Source of the DNA: Candidatus Aenigmatarchaeota archaeon
Lineage (GTDB): Archaea; Aenigmatarchaeota; Aenigmatarchaeia; QMZS01
NCBI GenBank assembly: GCA_030614705.1
Contig: JAUWTN010000001.1
Coordinates: 1 to 62,456 of the forward strand
Length of the DNA stretch: 62,456 nt
Reading direction: 5' to 3'
Shown: piece after piece, positions 56,937 to 62,456 of the stretch
How the letters are laid out: every line of letters starts with the position of its first letter
Numbering within the stretch: position 1 is the first letter of the stretch
Position numbers and translations under genes: made by a program
Notes under the pieces: generated by a model
Database searches by the model: none
Told to the model about the DNA's origin: nothing
Seen by the model: only the letters and a program-made list of their open reading frames with translations

Positions 56937-58108
56937 TTTTTATTTAGGATTTTATCTAAATATTCTTCAAAGTCATCAGTAATCTCATCCCAACTATTTT
57001 TCTCAACAAATTTCCTCGCTTTCTTTCCTTCAATTTCAATCCTGTTTTTTTTAATTAATTCCAGAACCTTGTCAACAACATCTTCGGGTTTGTCAACATA
57101 AATTACTCCGTTGTCATTTCCAAATTCAAGTATAATTCCCGGAAGTTTAGTTGAGATAACAGGTTTCTCCATTGCCATGTATTCATACATTTTTATAGGA
57201 ACAATATCCCGCATAATTTCATTGTTGTAAGCCGGAAGCAAGCAGATATCTGAAGCAGAAATAAATTCAGGAATTCTCTCAAATGATTGTTTTCCAGTTA
57301 AGATAATTTTATCCCCAAATCGAGCCCTTATATTTTTCAGGTCTTCATAAGCATCACCCTCACCAACAATCAACATTTTTATTTTTTTGTGTCCCAATAA
57401 ACTTGAAGCAACTTCTTTCAACCCGGAAAAATCATATAGCCACCCCATGAAAAACAAAACAAGTTCATCATCTTTAATCCCATATTCTTCCCTTATTTTA
57501 TCTCCTTTAATTTTTGAATTATATCTCTCAAAATCAATTCCCGCCCTGATAACATCTGTCTTCTTTATATCTGCGCCCATTCTGGCAGTATACTCTCTCA
57601 AACCCTCATTTATAGACAGAACCTTATCAGAACCAATCATATTTCTGCGCTCAATAACTTTTGCAATTTTCCGAAGGAATTTCTGCGGGACTAATGTATT
57701 CAAAGAGTCTATTATATAATACACAAAAGGTATTTTATTTTTCTTAGCCAACTTAATCGCAATATTAGCATTCAGAATCCCAAAACCAATAATCACATCA
57801 GGATGAAATTCTTTTATCTGCTTTTTTATTTCTTTCCTGTGTGAATAAATTAAAGAAAAATATTCCAATAAAGGCAGTTTTACAATTGGTGGTCTTATCA
57901 CAGTAATGTTTCCATCTTTGATTGCTTTATGTTGATTTTTAAAAACCTTTCTCTTTGATAATAATTCTTTTTCATGAGACCTCCAAGAAATTTCAAAATC
58001 TATCACTCTTACTTTGTGTCCTTTAACAGATAATCTTTCAAAAAGATGATGTGATTGGTGGGGTCCTTTTTCAACCCAATCCGACTCCTGAACAACAAGA
58101 ATATTCAT
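56933..58108 (-). CDS. GT4-like (GT-B) glycosyltransferase
   Basis: 391 aa; GT-B C-terminal pattern IKMYEYMAMEKPVISTKLPG; 4-nt overlap with the downstream GT4. Confidence 0.75.
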   Translation of the reverse strand: MNILVVQESDWVEKGPHQSHHLFERLSVKGHKVRVIDFEISWRSHEKELLSKRKVFKNQHKAIKDGNITVIRPPIVKLPLLEYFSLIYSHRKEIKKQIKEFHPDVIIGFGILNANIAIKLAKKNKIPFVYYIIDSLNTLVPQKFLRKIAKVIERRNMIGSDKVLSINEGLREYTARMGADIKKTDVIRAGIDFERYNSKIKGDKIREEYGIKDDELVLFFMGWLYDFSGLKEVASSLLGHKKIKMLIVGEGDAYEDLKNIRARFGDKIILTGKQSFERIPEFISASDICLLPAYNNEIMRDIVPIKMYEYMAMEKPVISTKLPGIILEFGNDNGVIYVDKPEDVVDKVLELIKKNRIEIEGKKARKFVEKNSWDEITDDFEEYLDKILNKK

Positions 58109-58109
58109 T

Positions 58110-59249
58110 TTAAAATTCAGCGTTTTTATTTATATTATGTTTATTTTCCATAAACCAATCATGAACTTTTTTTAGACCTTCTTCAAAAGTTGTCTTTGGT
58201 TCATAACCTAGAATTCTCCTTGCCTTCTCAATTGAAGAACAAAGTCTTTTTTTAACATCCCAATCTCTTTCACCAACCTGTTTCATCCCTGCATTATTTG
58301 TGGTTAATCTGTTTACTTCAGCGGCCATATCAATTACTTTATGTTCTTTTCCAGAACCAAGGTTAATTGATTCTCCGATTGCCTTTTCTTCCAGACCCAT
58401 TGTAAGTAATCCATCAACAATATCTTCCACATAAGTCCAGTCTCTTGTTTCCTCTCCTGTTCCTGTTATTGGAAGTGATTTCCCGTTCATTGCCCAGTAA
58501 AAAAAGTTGGGTATTACATTTCTGTATTTTCCCGGAACTTCTCCAGGACCAAAAACATTAAAGAATCTTGCGTTCACAATTGGGAGATTATATAAATTAT
58601 AAAAATAGTTTGTGTACAACTCACCGAGTAATTTTGTTACCTGATAAGGTGTGTGTAATTTTATAGAAATATCATGTTCCTCAAAAGGCATTTTTGAATC
58701 AAGTCCATAAACCCCGCAACCTGAAGAAGAGTAAACAAATCTTTTCACTTTTACTAGATTGGCATACTGCAATACTTTTAGAATTCCAATCCCGTTTATC
58801 ATCAAATCAGTTTCCGGGCTGTCCACAGAATTCTGGTTTGCAAAATGCGCAGCTAAATGGAATACATAATCCGGCTTTTCCTTGAAAACTCTTTTCAAAT
58901 CCTCATCATTAAGAATATCCCCTTTTACAAATTTTATGTTTTTGTGAACTGGTATATTCCATTCATAAGCAGAAGAAAGATTATCAAGAATTGTTACCTT
59001 TGCCCCGAGTTCTGCCAATCTTTTTGAAAGATTCGTGCCTATTGCTCCGGCTCCTCCGGTTACAAGAACTTTTTTTTCATTATAATCTGGAAATTCCTCT
59101 GGTTTCTGTTCTTCAGTTTCTATAAGAGGTATCTGCTCCCCAAGCATTGCTATCTGGGCTTTCATAAGTTCAAGAACCTGTTTTGTATCTGAAATATCTT
59201 TCTCCAAATCCACGATATTAACACCCATATTTCTCTTTTCCAGTTCCAT
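58110..59249 (-). CDS. NAD-dependent sugar-nucleotide epimerase/dehydratase (SDR) with a ~55-aa N-terminal coiled-coil extension
   Basis: 379 aa; VTGGAGAIGTNL, HLAAHF and YQVTK (YxxxK) motifs. Confidence 0.8.
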   Translation of the reverse strand: MELEKRNMGVNIVDLEKDISDTKQVLELMKAQIAMLGEQIPLIETEEQKPEEFPDYNEKKVLVTGGAGAIGTNLSKRLAELGAKVTILDNLSSAYEWNIPVHKNIKFVKGDILNDEDLKRVFKEKPDYVFHLAAHFANQNSVDSPETDLMINGIGILKVLQYANLVKVKRFVYSSSGCGVYGLDSKMPFEEHDISIKLHTPYQVTKLLGELYTNYFYNLYNLPIVNARFFNVFGPGEVPGKYRNVIPNFFYWAMNGKSLPITGTGEETRDWTYVEDIVDGLLTMGLEEKAIGESINLGSGKEHKVIDMAAEVNRLTTNNAGMKQVGERDWDVKKRLCSSIEKARRILGYEPKTTFEEGLKKVHDWFMENKHNINKNAEF

Positions 59250-59387
59250 ATTATTCTATAATATTATTATCTCTAAAATTATTAGAGACAATTTTTCTTT
59301 CAAATAGTTTAACATTTATATTAACTACCATAATAGGATATAATTTTATATATAAACTTAAATTAGTGGTTTTATTAAATTATCTCT

Positions 59388-60326
59388 TCAATTCAACCGA
59401 TAAAACCATTTCATCCATTCCACAGTTCTTTTAATCCCTTCTTCAGGAGATATTTTTGGGTCGTGTTTCAGGTCATTAATTGCCTCTGAGCAGTCAATTG
59501 TCTTAATCTTTGTTGTAAAGGGCTCTGCTTCTTTGTATGTGACTAAAGAGTCCTCTTTTCCTATTGCTTTTAAGATTATACCTGCATAGTCTTCAATAGG
59601 TTTCTCCCATTCAGGTTTACCCGCAACATTGTAAACTTTTCCAGAAATGAAATTATCTATTATATTAGCCCATGTAGTGCAGGAATCCTCAACATAATCA
59701 ATTATTCTCTTGTGTCCTTTATATATAGTAAAAGGTTTGTTAAAAAGAGCGTGATATATGAATTTTGGGATAAATCCTCTATAAGGGGTGTAATGTTCAT
59801 GAGGACCATAGCAGTTTACTGGTCTGACCCTGACTGTTTCAGTTCCAAACATCTTTGCTGAATTCAGGCACATTAATTCCCCGGCCCATTTAGTTATTGC
59901 ATAATCATTCATCTGGTACGTGTCTTTTATTGGGTTATTTACCATTATATTCTCAAGCATTCTCCCTTCGTAATCTCCGTAAACCTCTGCGCTTGAGAAA
60001 AAAATCATTTTAAATTTCAGTTTCTCCTGCAATCTCAACATATGTTTGGTCCCAATCACATTTGTCTGCCATAGATTTTCATAATAATCCTCTCCATTCC
60101 ACCTTCCATATTCTGCCGCAAGGTGATAAACATAATCAAATTTCCGGTTATCAAAAACTTTCTCCAACTGCCTGAAATTCCTGACATCTGTTCTGCAGTA
60201 CTTCTCCCTGTCTGTGTTAAAAAGGTCAACAGCAATAACTTCATGTCCTCTTTTTTTCAGTTCATTTACTAGATTTGTTCCGATAAATCCAGCTCCGCCA
60301 GTTACAAGTATTTTCTGCGTTTCCAT
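59388..60326 (-). CDS. NAD-dependent sugar-nucleotide epimerase/dehydratase (SDR)
   Basis: 312 aa; VTGGAGFIGTNL, HLAAEY and YAITK motifs. Confidence 0.8.
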   Translation of the reverse strand: METQKILVTGGAGFIGTNLVNELKKRGHEVIAVDLFNTDREKYCRTDVRNFRQLEKVFDNRKFDYVYHLAAEYGRWNGEDYYENLWQTNVIGTKHMLRLQEKLKFKMIFFSSAEVYGDYEGRMLENIMVNNPIKDTYQMNDYAITKWAGELMCLNSAKMFGTETVRVRPVNCYGPHEHYTPYRGFIPKFIYHALFNKPFTIYKGHKRIIDYVEDSCTTWANIIDNFISGKVYNVAGKPEWEKPIEDYAGIILKAIGKEDSLVTYKEAEPFTTKIKTIDCSEAINDLKHDPKISPEEGIKRTVEWMKWFYRLN

Positions 60327-60365
60327 AATTATTATTTAAACTTTAAAAATTATGGTAAAAAAGTC

Positions 60366-61010
60366 TTGTCTTTTGGAGCGCATCCTGATGATATTGAACT
60401 TGGGTGTGGTGGTACAGAAGCCAAATTAATAGATAAGGGATATAAAATAGTGCATGTTTATGCTACATCCGGAGAAGCAGGCAGGCAGACCATATCTAAA
60501 GAAAAACTGGGAAAAATCAGAGAAGAAGAAGCGAAACAAGCTGCGAAGGTTCTGGGTGTGGGTGGAGTTGAATTTTTAAGGTATCCTGACGGTCTTACGG
60601 ATTTTATCAGAAAGATGAAAATTGATGTAATTAATTTAATTAGAAAAGAAAAACCAAATATAATCTTTGTTCATGAAACAAAAGAGAATTTTCCAGACCA
60701 CAAAATTATAAGTGATTTAGTTCTAAGTGGTGCTGCAGGTCCAGGGTACCAAGAAGCTAAAGGAGAGCCCTGGACTGTCGAAACAATATTGGGTTATGAA
60801 GTATGGCATCCCATAACCAATTATCAACTTGTTGAATACATAACAAATACAATACAAAAGAAAATGGGTGCTTTGGTATGTTATAAATCTCAAGTGGAAA
60901 CCACAAAATATGATAAAGCTTTTGAAGGATTAGCACGATATCGAGGTGTAATGACTTGGGGAAAATACGCAGAAGTATTTGAAGTTATAAAGACCTCAAA
61001 GTTAATTTAA
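60366..61010 (+). CDS. PIG-L family (LmbE-like) N-acetylglucosaminyl deacetylase
   Basis: FGAHPDDIELGCGGT zinc-site motif. The start is uncertain: a TTG at 60366, or an upstream ATG at 60352 that is out of frame by one base across an A6 run. Confidence 0.8.
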   Translation: MSFGAHPDDIELGCGGTEAKLIDKGYKIVHVYATSGEAGRQTISKEKLGKIREEEAKQAAKVLGVGGVEFLRYPDGLTDFIRKMKIDVINLIRKEKPNIIFVHETKENFPDHKIISDLVLSGAAGPGYQEAKGEPWTVETILGYEVWHPITNYQLVEYITNTIQKKMGALVCYKSQVETTKYDKAFEGLARYRGVMTWGKYAEVFEVIKTSKLI

Positions 61011-61033
61011 ATTTTTAGTTAATATTTTCAAAT

Positions 61034-62122
61034 CTAATTAACTTCTTTATCTCCTATTATTATTTTCAATATCTTATCGCCTGCTTTTCCATCACCCAAA
61101 GGATTTTCCCAATTTCTTTCCTTATTTAGCATTATCCTTGAACATTCAAGAATTTTTTCAGGATTAGTTCCCGCAAGAATATTTCCCCCAACATCAATTG
61201 TTTCAGGTCTTTCTGTGTTATCTCTTAAAGTTACACAGGGAACCTTCAGGATGCATGCTTCTTCCTGAACTGCTCCGGAATCAGTTAAAATTAATTTTGC
61301 ATTTGCTTCCAGTTGCAAGAATTCCAAAAAACCTGTTGGGTCTATTAAATTAATTCCTTTCGGAATAATTATATTAAATTCTTCTAATCTTTTCCTTGTT
61401 CTTGGGTGAATAGGATAAATAACAGGTAAATTAAGTTCTTCTGATAATAATTCCGCTCCTTTTAAAATTCCTTCTATATTTTCTTTTGTGTCAACATTCT
61501 CTTCTCTATGCGCAGTAACTAATAGATAATCATTTTGTTCTAAACTCAAATCTTTCAAAATATTTACTTTTTTGTTGGCAAGCTCCAGATTCTGGTAAAC
61601 CGCATCAACAATCGTATTTCCAGTCACAAATATTATTTTTTTATCAAATCCCTCTTCCAGTAAAATTTCTTTTGATTTTTCTGTTGGTGGAAATAAAAGG
61701 TCTGAGCAATGATCAGTTAAAATCCTATTTATCTCCTCAGGCATTCTCCGGTCATAACTTCTTAAACCAGCCTCAACATGACCAATTTTTATCTGTAATT
61801 TATGAGCTGCCAAAGCTCCCGCAAGCACAGTGTCTGTATCACCTTCAACCAAAACAACATCCGGGTTTTCCTTCTGCAAAATTTTCTCTATTCCAGCAAG
61901 CATTTTCCCTGTTTGTTCCCCGTGAGTTCCTGAACCCACATCCAGATTATATTTTGGTTTTGGGAATTCAAGCTGCTCAAAAAAAAGTTTATCCATATTG
62001 TAAGAATAATGCTGTCCTGTATGGATTATAAAATAATCTAATTTTAATTCCCCGCATTTCCTGATAATCGAAGACATTTTTATAATCTCCGGTCTTGTGC
62101 CTAATATTATTGATAATCTCAT
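61034..62122 (-). CDS. wecB: UDP-N-acetylglucosamine 2-epimerase (non-hydrolysing)
   Basis: MRLSIILGTRPEIIKM start (Met25 of the long ORF), HVEAGLRS, HREEN and DSGAVQEEA motifs. Confidence 0.9.
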   Translation of the reverse strand: MRLSIILGTRPEIIKMSSIIRKCGELKLDYFIIHTGQHYSYNMDKLFFEQLEFPKPKYNLDVGSGTHGEQTGKMLAGIEKILQKENPDVVLVEGDTDTVLAGALAAHKLQIKIGHVEAGLRSYDRRMPEEINRILTDHCSDLLFPPTEKSKEILLEEGFDKKIIFVTGNTIVDAVYQNLELANKKVNILKDLSLEQNDYLLVTAHREENVDTKENIEGILKGAELLSEELNLPVIYPIHPRTRKRLEEFNIIIPKGINLIDPTGFLEFLQLEANAKLILTDSGAVQEEACILKVPCVTLRDNTERPETIDVGGNILAGTNPEKILECSRIMLNKERNWENPLGDGKAGDKILKIIIGDKEVN

Positions 62123-62182
62123 AAAGATATTTAATGTAAATTTAACCCTTTCAAACCATCTAAAAAACCAGAATAGTTTATT

Positions 62183-62456
62183 ATGGCAACTCAAAATTAC
62201 CTGAAAAAGGCAGCTTCAGGAGCTTTATTTATATTCCTTTTCAGTGTACTGGGAGCTATAATTTCCTATATATTGAGATTTGTCCTGACTTCGAATCTTT
62301 CTCCTGCAGAATATGGTTTATTTTATGCGTGCCTCTCCATAGTTGGTCTATTTGCTTTATTTAATGATTTTGGATTATCGGGGAGTCTGGTCTACCACAT
62401 CTCAAAATTCAAATCAAACAACAAACTTAAAGAATTAAAAAGTTCTATTTATTTGG
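62183..62456 (+). CDS. Oligosaccharide/polysaccharide flippase (Wzx/MOP family), 5' partial at the window end
   Basis: Hand-translated MATQNYLKKAASGALFIFLFSVLGAIISYILRFVLTSNLSPAEYGLFYA...; typical Wzx N-terminus with TM1-TM2; runs off the window. Confidence 0.6.
   Translation, partial: MATQNYLKKAASGALFIFLFSVLGAIISYILRFVLTSNLSPAEYGLFYACLSIVGLFALFNDFGLSGSLVYHISKFKSNNKLKELKSSIYL

Noticed and set aside
1-62456. A scan for CRISPR arrays, rRNA genes, IS elements, integrases, toxin-antitoxin pairs or recognisable defence systems.
   Set aside because: I saw no regularly spaced direct repeats, no rRNA-like conserved stretches, and no transposase, integrase or Cas-like ORFs. The only significant long repeat is the 91-nt tRNA-Gln block.

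Overview
AT-rich (about 30% GC by eye), gene-dense archaeal chromosomal segment. I found no rRNA, CRISPR array, transposase or integrase. The informational genes are clearly archaeal: PCNA, DnaG primase, aIF5B, SecE/Sec61-gamma, ribosomal L1, P0 and L21e, prefoldin beta, GatE, PheRS alpha/beta and Sua5/TsaC. Central metabolism is sparse: enolase, TIM, cupin-type PGI, a BadF-type sugar kinase and 2-oxoacid:ferredoxin oxidoreductase. Many ORFs are secreted or membrane hypotheticals. Together this fits a small-genome DPANN-like archaeon (inference). Three things stand out. (1) All four tRNA genes carry non-canonical introns. tRNA-Gln(UUG) has three, and its 63-nt T-loop intron is shared at 90/91 identity with tRNA-Gln(CUG), 9 kb away in inverted orientation. 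All four genes are preceded by the same AATTAT hexamer. (2) A 796-aa secreted protein has about 10% cysteine and a thrice-repeated CCPxGxC module. It is followed, in frame across a single TGA, by a DUF1566-like domain that has no start codon of its own. (3) The right-hand 22 kb (40.4-62.5 kb) is a surface-glycan biosynthesis island with 8 glycosyltransferases, 5 SAM methyltransferases, 3 SDR sugar-nucleotide enzymes, WecB, a PIG-L deacetylase and two flippase-like proteins. All calls come from reading the sequence and ORF translations by eye; no searches were run.
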